Assembly (NCBI GenBank): GCA_047517485.1
Contig: JAKZSU010000012.1
Coordinates: 643-64,642, forward strand
From: Alphaproteobacteria bacterium
GTDB lineage: Bacteria; Pseudomonadota; Alphaproteobacteria; UBA7887
Direction of reading: 5' to 3'
Length of the DNA stretch: 64,000 nucleotides
Position numbers and translations under genes: made by a program
Notes under the pieces: model-generated
What the model saw: only the letters and a program-made list of their open reading frames with translations
The model's database searches: none
What the model was told of the DNA's origin: nothing
Shown here: piece after piece, positions 9,616 through 20,136 of the stretch
How the letters are laid out: each line of letters begins with the position of its first letter
How positions within the stretch are numbered: position 1 is the first letter of the stretch

Positions 9616-10299
9616 GTGGATTTCATTTTTATGCTCACCCGAGCGGACAAAACGGTTGCGGATTGCGTGAGCGTAATCGACCAGGTTTTGCCGCTCGGCG
9701 TGATGCATATCGGGTTTAAGGACATCGGCGTCGACCGGGCGACGCTGATCACCGCCAATGACGCGATCAAGGGCGCGGGGGCGACGAGTTACATGGAGGT
9801 CGTCAGCACCGGCGCGGCGGACTCCTTGGACTCGGCGCGCATCGCCCGCGATATCGGGGTCGATTGCTTGCTCGGCGGCACCGAAGTCGCGGCGACCCTC
9901 GACATTCTTGACGGCAGCGGGATCGGCTATTACCCGTTCGCCGGCCGGCCGCGCGGCCATCCGACGGTGCTCGACGGCACCGCGGCAGACATCGCCGCCC
10001 AGTGTCGAAGCTTCGAGGCGGCGGGCTGCGCTGGGGTCAATTTGCTGGCTTATCGCGCCACCGAGGACGACCCCATCGCGCTGATACGCGCCGCGCGCGG
10101 CGCCATTGACGGCGTCGTGATCGTCGCCGGCAGCGTCGATTCGCCACAGCGAATCCAGGCGGTCGCGGCGGCCGGCGCCGACGCTTTCACAATTGGTACG
10201 GCGGTATTCGACGCAACCTTCGCGCCGCAAAGCGACACTTTGGCCGATCAGGTACGGGCGATCATCGACGCTTGCGCCGCCACGGAGCCGGTGAATTAG
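9616..10299 (+). CDS. hypothetical protein (possible TIM-barrel fold)
   Basis: Coding-like ORF with no family recognised by eye. GTG at 9616 is preceded by an AAGGGAG RBS; the alternative ATG is at 9571. Convergent with the threonine dehydratase gene. Confidence 0.4.
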   Translation: MDFIFMLTRADKTVADCVSVIDQVLPLGVMHIGFKDIGVDRATLITANDAIKGAGATSYMEVVSTGAADSLDSARIARDIGVDCLLGGTEVAATLDILDGSGIGYYPFAGRPRGHPTVLDGTAADIAAQCRSFEAAGCAGVNLLAYRATEDDPIALIRAARGAIDGVVIVAGSVDSPQRIQAVAAAGADAFTIGTAVFDATFAPQSDTLADQVRAIIDACAATEPVN

Positions 10300-11279
10300 C
10301 CGTCGGACAAGGCCCGGATGAACATGTCGGGCGCGATGTTGCCGCCCGAGACGATCACCAATACGGTTTTTTTCCGGCAGTCGAAGTGGCCGCACAACAC
10401 CGCCGCCAGGGCGACCGCGCCGCCTGGCTCGACCACCACCCGCAAATTTCGGTACGCCCAGGCGACGGCGTTCAAGGCTTCGTCGTCGGTGACCACGACG
10501 CCGTCCGACAGCAGGCGCCGGTTCAGGGCGAAGGTGAGCGCCCCGGGTTCCGGCGCGAGCAGCGCGTCACAGATCGATCGCGCGTCGGGGGCATTGCCGA
10601 CCCGCTGCCCGGCGCCGAGCGATCGCGCGGTGTCGTCAAAACCGGCCGGCTCCACCGGGTGGATGCTGATACCGGGACAATGATTCTCTAGCGCCAAGGC
10701 GCTGCCCGCGATTAAGCCGCCACCGCCGCACGGCGACAGGGCATGGTCGGGGGTCAAGCCCAGCGCGGCCGCTTGCGCCGCCGCTTCGAGGCCGACGGTG
10801 CCTTGGCCGGCAATGATCCTGGCATCGTCATAGGGCGGGACGATCGTCGCGCCGCGCTCGCGGGCGATCGCCGTGCCGATCGCTTCGCGGCTCTCGGTGT
10901 AGCGGTCGTAAAAGACGATCTCGGCGCCGAGCGCCCGGGTGTTGTCGATTTTAGGCACCGGCGCGTCCGACGGCATGACGATGGTCGCTGGCGCGCCGAC
11001 CAACGCTGCCGCGGCCGCCACCCCTTGGGCGTGGTTGCCCGACGACCAGGCGAGGACGCCGCGCGCGATTTCACCCTCGTCGAGCCGGCAAATCCGATTG
11101 AAAGCGCCGCGAAACTTAAACGTGCCGGTGCGTTGCAGGGCTTCGACCTTGAGCAAAATTCGCCCGCCCGATACCTCGTCCAAGGCATCGGAGCGCAGCA
11201 GCGGGGTGAGTACGGCGTGGCCGCGAATCCGCCGCGCGGCATCGACAATGTCGTCTATGGTCGGGAGTCCGTCGTCCAT
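10296..11279 (-). CDS. threonine/serine dehydratase (PLP-dependent, fold type II)
   Basis: PLP-lysine motif TGTFKFRGA, glycine-rich loop, ~327 aa. Confidence 0.85.
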   Translation of the reverse strand: MDDGLPTIDDIVDAARRIRGHAVLTPLLRSDALDEVSGGRILLKVEALQRTGTFKFRGAFNRICRLDEGEIARGVLAWSSGNHAQGVAAAAALVGAPATIVMPSDAPVPKIDNTRALGAEIVFYDRYTESREAIGTAIARERGATIVPPYDDARIIAGQGTVGLEAAAQAAALGLTPDHALSPCGGGGLIAGSALALENHCPGISIHPVEPAGFDDTARSLGAGQRVGNAPDARSICDALLAPEPGALTFALNRRLLSDGVVVTDDEALNAVAWAYRNLRVVVEPGGAVALAAVLCGHFDCRKKTVLVIVSGGNIAPDMFIRALSDG

Positions 11280-11299
11280 CGTGACGTGCGGTCGAGTCC

Positions 11300-13324
11300 T
11301 TAGCGATTGGCCATCTGGCCGGCGCCGCCGATCATATCATCGACAATCCGCAATGGCGGAGGATTGGCCGGGTCGGCCAATAAATGACGATACACCTGGG
11401 CGCCTTCGAGGACACGCTGGACATAGTTTCTCGCCTCCGAGAAGGGAATCATTTCGATCCAATCCACCACGTCGACATCGGCCCGGCGCGGATCGCCATT
11501 TTGGCGGATCCATTTTTTGACCCGGCCCGGGCCCGCGTTATAGGCCGCGAACGCCAAGACCTGCGCCCCTTGATAGGATTTGAACAGACCCGACAGATAC
11601 GCCGTGCCGAGGCGAATATTGTAGGCGTCGTCGCTGGTCAGCCGAGACCGTTTGTAGGAGACACCGATTTGTTTGGCGACCTGGCGCGCGGTTGCCGGCA
11701 TGAGCTGCATCAACCCGCGCGCGCCGGCACGACTGACCGCGCGGCCGTTGAGTTCGCTTTCCTGGCGCGCCAGGCCGAGCACAACACCGAGGTCGGGCAT
11801 ACCGGGCCGCAGCGATGCATTGGCCAACGCCTTGGGGACGGGGTAGGCGGCCGGGGTCACTGTCAGGCCGGACCGAGAGACTTGCTTGGCGCCGCGAATG
11901 GCGACCTTCGCCAGATCGTAATCGAGCGCGAGCATGGCGATCATCGCCCGTTCGACCGGCGTTGTTGCGGAGCGGGCGAGATGAGCGACGATGTGCGACA
12001 TCAGATCGGAGTCCGCCAATTCGCCAAGCATTCGCGCGAGCCGGACCAGCTCGCGGGCCTCGAAAGCCTTGCGCAACGCGGGAGAAGGTTGTGGGTGATA
12101 GGGCAGGGATAGGGTCTTGCGGCCGAGCGCGATGATCGCCAGCTGGCCATAAAACGTCGTCTGCCGGCTCGCCGCCCGCGTATACCAGCGCTCCCGCTCG
12201 AGCGGAAGGCCCGCCGCTTCGGCGGCGCGGCCGCTCCAATAGGCGCCGCGGGCGATGCTGATCGGCATCGCGACGACGTCGTGCATCGTCGTGAAGTGCT
12301 GATAGGCCAGCGCCGGCTCGTCGAGAAATCGCAAAGCGATCCATCCCGCCAGCCATTCCGCCTCGGCGATCCCCGAAGCGCCGGTTTGGCCGTGTCGCGC
12401 CGCTAGGCGATAGGCGTCGGTGATGGCGCCGTCCGCCAAGGTGCGGCGGGCGAGAATATGGCGCTCTTTCCACCATCGCTTTGGCCGTACCAGATCCGCC
12501 GGTGGCTGCGCCAGGAGCGCCATCGCGCCGGCGTCGAGATCGGCGCGGCGGCGCCAGCGAACGCGCTCAAAGATCAAACCGGGATCGGAGAGCAAAGCGG
12601 CGGGAACCCGCTTGATCGTGGCATCGACGCCACCGGCGCGGCTCATCAGCGCGAGACGCGCCAATGCCAATTTGCGGTGACCATCGTCGACCCGTTTGAC
12701 CTGACGTCGCGCCGCCCGCCGTTGATTGTCCCACAGCAGCCGGTCGAGCCGCGCGATGTGGTCGTTGGCGGTCAGCACCTGCTTATGGGCCCTGAGAAAC
12801 GACTTTTCCTCGTGTGAATTGAAATTATGACCGATCCACGCCTCGCGAATATAAGCCTGCCCGCGGTCGACTTGGCCGGCGTCGATCAGTGCCTCGCCGA
12901 GCCGCCGCATGCCCGCACCGGTCATCGGCGGGTAGCGCTCGAACCAGGTGATGACAGCGTGGTCCGGCTCGCTCTCCGGCATCGCCTCCTCGGCGCGCCG
13001 CCGCAACTGATTCAAACCGGGCCAATCTCTGTTTGAATCTATAAAATTCGTTATTTCATAATATGTTGCGACGCTCCTCTTATGTTTTAAATATAGCCAT
13101 TCGACGAATTTCTCGACCAGCGGATCGCTAACCTGGCGGGCGGACGCGCGGGCCGATTTCCAGCGTCTGTTCTGGGCGTCGTTGAAGGCGGCGCGGGCCA
13201 CGCTGAGTTCGCTTTGGGAGAGGATTTGCGGCGCCGCCGCGCTCGCGTCCAGGCTCATCTCGAAGCGCGTCGCGCAAACAAGACCCAGAAAGACCGTGAT
13301 GGCTAGCCGACGCGACGAAAGCAT
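11300..13324 (-). CDS. slt: soluble lytic murein transglycosylase (Slt family)
   Basis: C-terminal SLT catalytic domain (ESELNGRAVSRAGARGLMQLMP...AYNAGPGRV), a long superhelical N-terminal region and a signal peptide (MLSSRRLAITVFLGLVCA). Confidence 0.85.
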   Translation of the reverse strand: MLSSRRLAITVFLGLVCATRFEMSLDASAAAPQILSQSELSVARAAFNDAQNRRWKSARASARQVSDPLVEKFVEWLYLKHKRSVATYYEITNFIDSNRDWPGLNQLRRRAEEAMPESEPDHAVITWFERYPPMTGAGMRRLGEALIDAGQVDRGQAYIREAWIGHNFNSHEEKSFLRAHKQVLTANDHIARLDRLLWDNQRRAARRQVKRVDDGHRKLALARLALMSRAGGVDATIKRVPAALLSDPGLIFERVRWRRRADLDAGAMALLAQPPADLVRPKRWWKERHILARRTLADGAITDAYRLAARHGQTGASGIAEAEWLAGWIALRFLDEPALAYQHFTTMHDVVAMPISIARGAYWSGRAAEAAGLPLERERWYTRAASRQTTFYGQLAIIALGRKTLSLPYHPQPSPALRKAFEARELVRLARMLGELADSDLMSHIVAHLARSATTPVERAMIAMLALDYDLAKVAIRGAKQVSRSGLTVTPAAYPVPKALANASLRPGMPDLGVVLGLARQESELNGRAVSRAGARGLMQLMPATARQVAKQIGVSYKRSRLTSDDAYNIRLGTAYLSGLFKSYQGAQVLAFAAYNAGPGRVKKWIRQNGDPRRADVDVVDWIEMIPFSEARNYVQRVLEGAQVYRHLLADPANPPPLRIVDDMIGGAGQMANR

Positions 13325-13497
13325 ACCTGTCCCCCGCTGAAGACAATTCAATATAGCATTGCGCCCGGCGCTCTCAATTCGCAGCCCGGGGCCCGCTCTG
13401 GCGGTTGCTCGGCGCCGGGCCGGGGAGTAAGGTCCGCATCTTCGGGAGCTAGGCGTGGCCAGACTAGGTTATGCCCCCGATATTGGAGTATTAGACG

Positions 13498-14403
13498 ATG
13501 TTTCACGGGTCGTTCACCGCGCTGATCACGCCGTTCGAGAATGGCAAGGTCGCCGATAGAACTTATCAAGAATTTGTGAATTGGCAGATCGAGCAAGGAT
13601 CGCACGGGCTGGTTCCGTGCGGCACCACCGGGGAATCGCCGACGCTCCGTCATACCGAGCATCGCCATGTCACCGAGCTATGCATCGAAGCGGTCGGCGG
13701 GCGAGTTCCGGTGATCGCCGGCGCCGGGTCCAATTCGACCGAGGAAGCCGTCGATCTGACCAAACACGCGCACCAGGCCGGCGCCGACGCGGTGCTGGTG
13801 GTGACGCCCTATTACAACAAGCCGACCCAGGACGGGCTGTACGCCCATTTCGAGGCGGTCGCCGCGGCCGCCGATATCCCGGTGATCATCTACAATATTC
13901 CCGGGCGCTCGGTGGTCAATATGTCGGTGGCGACAATGGCCCGGTTGGCGTGCTTGGCAAACATCGTCGGGGTCAAGGACGCCACCGCCGATCTGACCCG
14001 CCCGCTCGACGAACGCGCGGCGATCGATGGTGATTTCTGCCTGCTATCCGGCGAGGACGGGACCGCGCTGGCTTATCTCGCCAATGGCGGCCATGGCTGT
14101 ATCTCGGTGACCGCCAATATCGCGCCGGCGCTGTGTGCCGAAATGCAGAACGCGTGGCGAGACGGCGACGCGGCACGCGCCCTGGCGGTCCAGGATTCGT
14201 TGATGCCGCTTCATTCAAATCTCTTCGTCGAAACCAGTCCCGGGCCGGTCAAATATGCCGCGAGCTTGCTCGGTCTGTGCTCGGGCGAGCTGCGTCTGCC
14301 GATGGTCGAGGTGACCGAGGCCACCAAGGATGTGGTGCGCGCCGGGCTCGAAGCGACCGGCCTGTTGAACGAGGGCGTCGAGCAATGGCGAGCGGCGAAC
14401 TGA
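13498..14403 (+). CDS. dapA: 4-hydroxy-tetrahydrodipicolinate synthase
   Basis: DapA motifs (ITPF, GTTGES, VGVKDA) and typical length. Conserved slt-dapA-smpB synteny. Confidence 0.9.
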   Translation: MFHGSFTALITPFENGKVADRTYQEFVNWQIEQGSHGLVPCGTTGESPTLRHTEHRHVTELCIEAVGGRVPVIAGAGSNSTEEAVDLTKHAHQAGADAVLVVTPYYNKPTQDGLYAHFEAVAAAADIPVIIYNIPGRSVVNMSVATMARLACLANIVGVKDATADLTRPLDERAAIDGDFCLLSGEDGTALAYLANGGHGCISVTANIAPALCAEMQNAWRDGDAARALAVQDSLMPLHSNLFVETSPGPVKYAASLLGLCSGELRLPMVEVTEATKDVVRAGLEATGLLNEGVEQWRAAN

Positions 14404-14855
14404 CGACCAAGGTCGTTGCCCAGAATCGCAAGGCGCGGCACGACTATTTCATCGAGGAAACGCTCGAGGCGGGGATGGAGTTGGTCGGGACCGAGGTCAA
14501 ATCCCTCCGTCAGGGCCGCGCCAGTCTCGGCGACGCCTTTGCCCAGGAGCGCGACGGCGAGATGTTTCTCATGAACGCGCATATCTCGGCCTATACCGCC
14601 GCCAACCGGTTCAATCATGAGCCGCTGCGACCGCGCAAACTGCTGCTCCATAAACGTGAAATCGGCCGACTCGCCGGTCTGGTTCAACGTCAGGGGTACA
14701 CGGTGGTGCCGCTCAAGCTTTACTTCAATGAGCGTGGCAAGGCGAAAGTCGAGCTCGGGGTCGCGCGCGGGCGCAAACAGCACGACAAACGCGAACGGGA
14801 AAAAGAGCGCAGCTGGCAACGGGAAAAAGCGCGCCTGCTCCGCGACACGAAATGA
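14385..14855 (+). CDS. smpB: SsrA-binding protein
   Basis: MASGE...[15 protein letters not shown]...GTEVKSLR SmpB signature. The internal ATG at 14385 overlaps the dapA 3' end; the track ORF 14133 is an upstream extension. Confidence 0.9.
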   Translation: MASGELTTKVVAQNRKARHDYFIEETLEAGMELVGTEVKSLRQGRASLGDAFAQERDGEMFLMNAHISAYTAANRFNHEPLRPRKLLLHKREIGRLAGLVQRQGYTVVPLKLYFNERGKAKVELGVARGRKQHDKREREKERSWQREKARLLRDTK

Positions 14856-14884
14856 CGACGACCAGCGTTACCGGGAGTAAATCG

Positions 14885-15445
14885 ATGATCAGAACATTAT
14901 TTTTAGCCGGCATTATCTTCGTGCTTGGCGGTCAGGTGCCGGCGCCGGTTCTGGCGGCGGACGATATCAGCGCCCATGATTTCGACTTCACCTCGATCGA
15001 GGGCGACCCCCTGCCGATGTCGCGCTTTGCCGGCCAGCCGGTCCTCGTCGTCAACACCGCTTCGTTTTGCGGCTTCACGCCGCAGTACGACGGCTTGCAA
15101 GCCTTGTGGGAGCGCTATCGCGAGCAGGGTCTGGTGGTGCTCGGTGTCCCGTCGAACGACTTCGGTGGCCAAGAGCCGAACGACGAAGCGGCGATCAAAA
15201 ACTTCTGCGAAAGCAATTATCTGGTCGATTTTCCGATGACCACTAAGCAGAAAGTGGTCGGATCGAGGGCGCATCCGTTTTATCGTTGGATCGCCGATAA
15301 CCGCGGCGGCGCCGGCGTACCGCGTTGGAATTTCCACAAATATTTGATCGGCAAGGACGGCCGGGTGATCAGCGACTGGTCGTCCGGGGTCAAGCCGATG
15401 TCGGATCAGATTATCGCCGCGGTGGATGCCGAGCTCGAGAGATAG
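14885..15445 (+). CDS. glutathione peroxidase (Cys-type), secreted
   Basis: GPx motifs (VNTASFCGFT, WNFHKYLIG). Signal peptide starts at the internal ATG (MIRTLFLAGIIFVL), preceded by a GGAG RBS. Confidence 0.85.
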   Translation: MIRTLFLAGIIFVLGGQVPAPVLAADDISAHDFDFTSIEGDPLPMSRFAGQPVLVVNTASFCGFTPQYDGLQALWERYREQGLVVLGVPSNDFGGQEPNDEAAIKNFCESNYLVDFPMTTKQKVVGSRAHPFYRWIADNRGGAGVPRWNFHKYLIGKDGRVISDWSSGVKPMSDQIIAAVDAELER

Positions 15446-16083
15446 TCCCGGATAGCGGCGAACACGGCGGCGAACATCGCCGGCGTCAGGCGCCGGGTAT
15501 TGATGTTGTAGCGCGAGCAGTGATAGCTGTCGAAAAGCGTCAACCCGCCGCGCAAGGCATGGACCGCGCCATGCGCGAACGGGTGATCGACGCGCCTCGC
15601 GTGGGCGACCGCGATAACCGCTTCGTGGGCAATACGGCCGAGCGCCAGGATCGCCTCCAGGCGAGGCATGCTGGCGATTTCTCCGGTAAGAAAGTCCCGG
15701 CACTGGCGAATCTCGGCGGCGACCGGTTTGTTTTGCGGCGGAACACAGCGGACCGCGTTGGTAATCCGGCAATTGACTAAACAGAGTCCATCGTCCGCAC
15801 GTGCTTGATAGGTGCCGTCGGAGAAACCGAAGGAATCGAGCGCGTCGTATAGCAGATCGCCCGCCGCGTCGCCGGTGAACGGCCGACCGGTGCAATTCGC
15901 GCCGCGCAAGCCTGGCGCAAGGCCGACCACCAGAAGACTCGCGGACACCGCCCCGAACGACTCGACGGGCGCGTTATGAAAGTCGGGATGACGGGCTCGG
16001 TTCTCGTCCCGAAACGCCACTAATCTCGGGCAGTACTGGCAATCCACATCCGGTGGATCGAATCGCGCATTGGCGTCATCCAC
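15406..16083 (-). CDS. uracil-DNA glycosylase superfamily protein (family 4-like)
   Basis: CQYCPRL Fe-S-type N-terminal motif, a GLAPG motif-A variant and an HCSRYN motif-B variant. The start is ambiguous: GTG at 16083 avoids overlap with the NYN gene, while ATG at 16158 or 16248 would overlap it by 83-170 bp. Confidence 0.6.
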   Translation of the reverse strand: MDDANARFDPPDVDCQYCPRLVAFRDENRARHPDFHNAPVESFGAVSASLLVVGLAPGLRGANCTGRPFTGDAAGDLLYDALDSFGFSDGTYQARADDGLCLVNCRITNAVRCVPPQNKPVAAEIRQCRDFLTGEIASMPRLEAILALGRIAHEAVIAVAHARRVDHPFAHGAVHALRGGLTLFDSYHCSRYNINTRRLTPAMFAAVFAAIRDYLSSSASTAAII

Positions 16084-16705
16084 CGGCCGCGCCGAGTTCG
16101 TCGGGCTCGTCGTCGTAAACTTCTTCGCCGTCGTCGTCTTCCTCGGCCGGCTCTTCATGGTGCGGGCGATGCTGCGACGGCGTCCGGGCGATTTTGTCGG
16201 ATATGTCCTGAAGCTCGACGAAGGTGTCGGCTTGACGGCGCAATTCATCGGCGACCATCGGCGGCTGCGAACGAACGGTCGAGACCACGGTCACCCGCGC
16301 GCCCCGGCGCTGCACCGCCTCGACCAAACGGCGAAAATCTCCGTCGCCGGAAAAGATTACGACATGATCGATGTGACGGGCCATCTCCATGACATCGATC
16401 GCCAGTTCGATGTCCATGTTCCCCTTGATCTTACGCCGGCCCTGGGAATCGGTGAATTCCTTGGTCGGCTTGGTCACCATCGTATAGCCGTTGTAATCGA
16501 GCCAATCGACCAGCGGTCTAATCGGCGAATACTCCTGATCGTCCAACAGCGCGGTGTAATAGAACGCGCGGATCAGGCGGCCCTGCTCGGCGAAAAGTTC
16601 GAGAAGCCGTTTGTAATCGATGTCGAATCCAAGGGCGCGCGCGGCGTTGTACAAATTGGACCCGTCGATAAACAACGCGATGCGTTCTCCGGGGTAAAAA
16701 TTCAT
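16076..16705 (-). CDS. NYN-domain (LabA/DUF88-like) predicted ribonuclease with acidic C-terminal tail
   Basis: N-terminal IALFIDGSNLY and internal VIFSGDGDF PIN-like acidic motifs typical of NYN/LabA. The tail is EEPAEEDDDGEEVYDDEPDE. Confidence 0.8.
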   Translation of the reverse strand: MNFYPGERIALFIDGSNLYNAARALGFDIDYKRLLELFAEQGRLIRAFYYTALLDDQEYSPIRPLVDWLDYNGYTMVTKPTKEFTDSQGRRKIKGNMDIELAIDVMEMARHIDHVVIFSGDGDFRRLVEAVQRRGARVTVVSTVRSQPPMVADELRRQADTFVELQDISDKIARTPSQHRPHHEEPAEEDDDGEEVYDDEPDELGAAGG

Positions 16706-16850
16706 TATTATGCTTCCTCACAAATGTCGTTGCCCCACCTCCACGGACGAAGGTGGATTTCAATTAAGTGCGTCACGGTGTCCGCTCCAAATTCGAGTCA
16801 CCGCCACGAAGGCTAAAATACTATATCAATTTGTCGAGTATCGAAGCGTT

Positions 16851-17360
16851 ATGTTGCACGAGAAGGATGTATTCGTCGCCTTAGGCGCAAATCTGCCCGA
16901 TTCCGCCGGCAATTCGCCGCTTTCGACGTGTCAGACCGCGGTATTCCGGATTGGCGAACGATTTGGCGGTATTGCCGCCCAGTCGTCTTGGTATTTGTCG
17001 GAACCGGTCCCGCGGTCGGACCAGCCTTGGTATGTCAACGGCGTGATTCGCATTGCCACCGATTGGCCGCCGGCCGAAATTCTGCTCCTCCTGCACGATC
17101 TCGAGCGCCAGGCCGGACGGGTTCGGCGGCAGCGTTGGGAGGCGCGAATTCTCGATCTCGACCTGTTGGCGCACGGCTCCCGAGTCATGACCGGACCGTC
17201 GGGGCCGCACTTGCCGCACCCGCGCCTTGGCGAACGCGCGTTCGTGCTGCGGCCATTATCGGAAATCGCCACCGCCTGGCGGCATCCGGAGAATCAATTG
17301 AGCGCCATGGAGATGCTCAAAAAATTACCGGCTGGCCAGCGCTTGTTACGCTTGCCATGA
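16851..17360 (+). CDS. folK: 2-amino-4-hydroxy-6-hydroxymethyldihydropteridine pyrophosphokinase (HPPK)
   Basis: HPPK motifs (VALGANL, WYVNGV, LDLDLL...PHPR). Start taken at an internal ATG. Confidence 0.85.
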   Translation: MLHEKDVFVALGANLPDSAGNSPLSTCQTAVFRIGERFGGIAAQSSWYLSEPVPRSDQPWYVNGVIRIATDWPPAEILLLLHDLERQAGRVRRQRWEARILDLDLLAHGSRVMTGPSGPHLPHPRLGERAFVLRPLSEIATAWRHPENQLSAMEMLKKLPAGQRLLRLP

Positions 17361-17471
17361 TGACCAATATTACTGTTTACAGTCGGTGCTGTAGGTACCT
17401 ATTATCCCGGCCTTCTTGAAACTTGGCCCATCCGTTGAATTTTCACCGGTGGGCGTTATGGAGTTGTAGCG

Positions 17472-17873
17472 ATGGCGCGTGTAACCGTCGAAGATTGTGT
17501 CACCAAGATTCCCAACCGGTTTGAGCTGGTCATGCTAGCGTCGCAGCGGGCGCGTGACATTTCCGCCGGCTCCGATTTGACGCTCGATCGGGACAACGAC
17601 AAGAATCCGGTGGTTGCGCTGCGCGAGATCGCCGAGGATAAATTTACCCCCGAAGTCTTGCGCGAGGCGCTGATCAGTTCATTGCAACGCCACGCCGAGA
17701 TTGATGAGCCGGAAGAGGATCTGATGGAGCTTCCCGGCGCCGACAGCGAATTGCTTGGCGATCTCGAAGCCAATGCGGCGATTGTCGGCATGCAAGTCGT
17801 CGAGGCGGCAACGCCTTCGGACGCTGTCAAGGTGGCTGATCCGGGCGCAATTTTCGGCGGCGAGAAAGCTTGA
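17472..17873 (+). CDS. rpoZ: DNA-directed RNA polymerase subunit omega
   Basis: [10 protein letters not shown]...NRFELV..ASQRAR omega signature, located immediately upstream of spoT. Confidence 0.9.
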   Translation: MARVTVEDCVTKIPNRFELVMLASQRARDISAGSDLTLDRDNDKNPVVALREIAEDKFTPEVLREALISSLQRHAEIDEPEEDLMELPGADSELLGDLEANAAIVGMQVVEAATPSDAVKVADPGAIFGGEKA

Positions 17874-17949
17874 CGGCGCGATTACGCGCGCAAAATCCCG
17901 ACCCGGCGTTCCAATCGCGGCTGGAACGCCCTGAATTAGGCATCGAGCG

Positions 17950-20136
17950 ATGACCGCTGTGGAGGTCAGTAAGAAACGGTCTCCGCAGATACGCCAGTAT
18001 GATTTGGTCGAGCGGGTCAGCGCTCACGACCCCGGTGCCGATGAGCAAGCGCTCAATCGGGCCTATGTATTTTCGATGTCGCGCCACGGCGCCCAAAAGC
18101 GGGACTCCGGCGACCCCTATTTCTCCCACCCGCTCGAAGTCGCCGGCATCCTCGCCGATCTGAAATTGGATTCGGCGTCGGTCATCACCGGGCTTCTCCA
18201 CGACACGGTCGAGGATGGCGTCGCCGAGCAACCGGAGATCCGGACACTTTTCGGCGAGGAAATCGGCCGCCTTGTCGATGGTGTCACCAAGCTCAGCAAA
18301 ATCGAGCTGCAGTCTCATACCGAACGTCAGGCGGAGAATTTTCAGAAGTTCCTGCTCGCGATGTCCGAGGATATTCGTGTGCTGTTGGTCAAGCTCGCCG
18401 ATCGGCTGCACAACATGCGGACCCTGGAATTCATCCCGAAATCGGATAAACGACGTCGCATCGCCCTCGAGACGATGGAGATTTATGCGCCCCTGGCGGA
18501 GCGCATCGGCATGCAACGTCTCAAGGATGAATTGGAAGATCTCGCGTTCGCCGAGCTCAACTCGGAAGCGCGCGCCTCCTTGGTGACCCGGTTGGAGTTT
18601 CTGCACCGAACCGAGGGCCAACTGGTTCCGGTCATCGCCGAGGAACTCGAGACCACGTTGACGCGGGAAGGCATCAAGGCCGATGTCGCTGGTCGGGAGA
18701 AACGGCCCTATTCGATTTGGCGCAAGATGGAGCGCAAACATATTCCGTTCGAACAAATCGCCGACGTCATCGCGTTTCGCATCATTGTTGATGACGCGGC
18801 CGCTTGCTACCAAGCGCTGGGCGCGGTTCATCGCGCCTATCCGATGATCCCGGGACGTTTCAAGGATTACGTCTCGACGCCGAAACAAAACGGCTATCGC
18901 TCGCTGCATACCGCGGTCATCGGGCCGCAGAAACGGCGCATCGAAATTCAAATCCGCGACCATCACATGCACGAGATCGCCGAGCTCGGTGTTGCCGCGC
19001 ATTGGCTCTACAAGCGGGGTGCCGACGATAATGCGGCGCGGCCCCATGAAGGGCGGCAATATGGTTGGCTTCGCCACCTCCTCGACATTCTCGAACACGC
19101 GTCGGGGCCGGAGGAATTTCTCGAACACACCAAGCTCGAGATGTTCGCCGACCAGGTGTTTTGCTTTTCCCCGAAAGGCGACTTGATCACCCTGCCGCAC
19201 GGCGCGACGCCGGTGGATTTCGCCTATGCCGTCCATTCCGATATTGGCGACACCTGTGTCGGGGCCAAGATCAACGGCCGGCTCGGGCCGCTCCGCACTA
19301 TTCTGAGCAATGGCGATCAAGTCGAGATCCTGCGGTCCAGCGTTCCCGCGCCCGACCCCAATTGGGAGAATTTCGTGGTCACCGGCAAGGCGCGGGCGCG
19401 GGTGCGGCGTTTCGTACGCCAGCGCGAGAGCGCCGAATATGCCAGCCTCGGACGATCCATCCTCGAAAAGACCTTCGCCAATCACGACCAGCCGTTCAAC
19501 GACCAGCAAGTCAAGCCGGTATTCGATAAGTTCAACGTTTCCAAGGCTTCCGAATTATGCGCCGCGGTTGGCCGCGGCGAGATCGATCCGAATTTGGTCC
19601 TCACCGCCGTGCGGCCCGATCTCTCGGCCGACTCGAACACCGTGGTGCCGATCGCGCGCGGTCAACGCCAGCGTGGGCCCGGCGGCGCGGTGCCGATCAA
19701 GGGTTTAACCCCTGGCATGGCGGTGCATATGGCGGAGTGCTGTTATCCGTTGCCCGGCGACCGCATTGTGGGGTTGGTCACAGAAGGGCGCGGCGTCACC
19801 GTCCACACTATCGATTGTGATGTATTGGAGAGTTTTTCCAATGCGCCGGAACGCTGGCTGGACATCAGCTGGCAAACCGAACGCGATTTGCCCGACGTGC
19901 ATACCGGGAGCATCGTCACGGTGATCAATAATGTCCCGGGCAGCTTGAACGCGCTGACCGAGGCGATCGCGCGCAACGGCGGTAACATCAGTAATTTGAA
20001 AGTGGATTATCGTTCGCCGGATTTTTTCGAACTCGTGGTCGATGTCGAAGTCGAGGACGTTCGCCATTTGACCACTATCGTTGCCGCCTTGCGCACCGAC
20101 CCGGCGATCTACCGCGTCGAACGCGCCCGCGGTTAG
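17950..20136 (+). CDS. spoT: bifunctional (p)ppGpp synthetase/hydrolase (Rsh/SpoT)
   Basis: HD hydrolase (HPLEVA...HDTVED), RelA/SpoT synthetase (RPYSIWRKM), TGS and ACT-like C-terminus; 728 aa. Confidence 0.9.
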   Translation: MTAVEVSKKRSPQIRQYDLVERVSAHDPGADEQALNRAYVFSMSRHGAQKRDSGDPYFSHPLEVAGILADLKLDSASVITGLLHDTVEDGVAEQPEIRTLFGEEIGRLVDGVTKLSKIELQSHTERQAENFQKFLLAMSEDIRVLLVKLADRLHNMRTLEFIPKSDKRRRIALETMEIYAPLAERIGMQRLKDELEDLAFAELNSEARASLVTRLEFLHRTEGQLVPVIAEELETTLTREGIKADVAGREKRPYSIWRKMERKHIPFEQIADVIAFRIIVDDAAACYQALGAVHRAYPMIPGRFKDYVSTPKQNGYRSLHTAVIGPQKRRIEIQIRDHHMHEIAELGVAAHWLYKRGADDNAARPHEGRQYGWLRHLLDILEHASGPEEFLEHTKLEMFADQVFCFSPKGDLITLPHGATPVDFAYAVHSDIGDTCVGAKINGRLGPLRTILSNGDQVEILRSSVPAPDPNWENFVVTGKARARVRRFVRQRESAEYASLGRSILEKTFANHDQPFNDQQVKPVFDKFNVSKASELCAAVGRGEIDPNLVLTAVRPDLSADSNTVVPIARGQRQRGPGGAVPIKGLTPGMAVHMAECCYPLPGDRIVGLVTEGRGVTVHTIDCDVLESFSNAPERWLDISWQTERDLPDVHTGSIVTVINNVPGSLNALTEAIARNGGNISNLKVDYRSPDFFELVVDVEVEDVRHLTTIVAALRTDPAIYRVERARG

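Noticed and set aside
8737-10395. 552-aa minus-strand ORF overlapping the Sel1 and hypothetical genes
   Set aside because: No recognisable domain, Arg/Gly-rich, antisense to a signal-peptide-bearing Sel1 protein. The forward genes are preferred.
17827-19509. 560-aa minus-strand ORF antisense to spoT
   Set aside because: No family signature. It fully overlaps a gene with strong homology evidence on the other strand, so it is a high-GC artefact.
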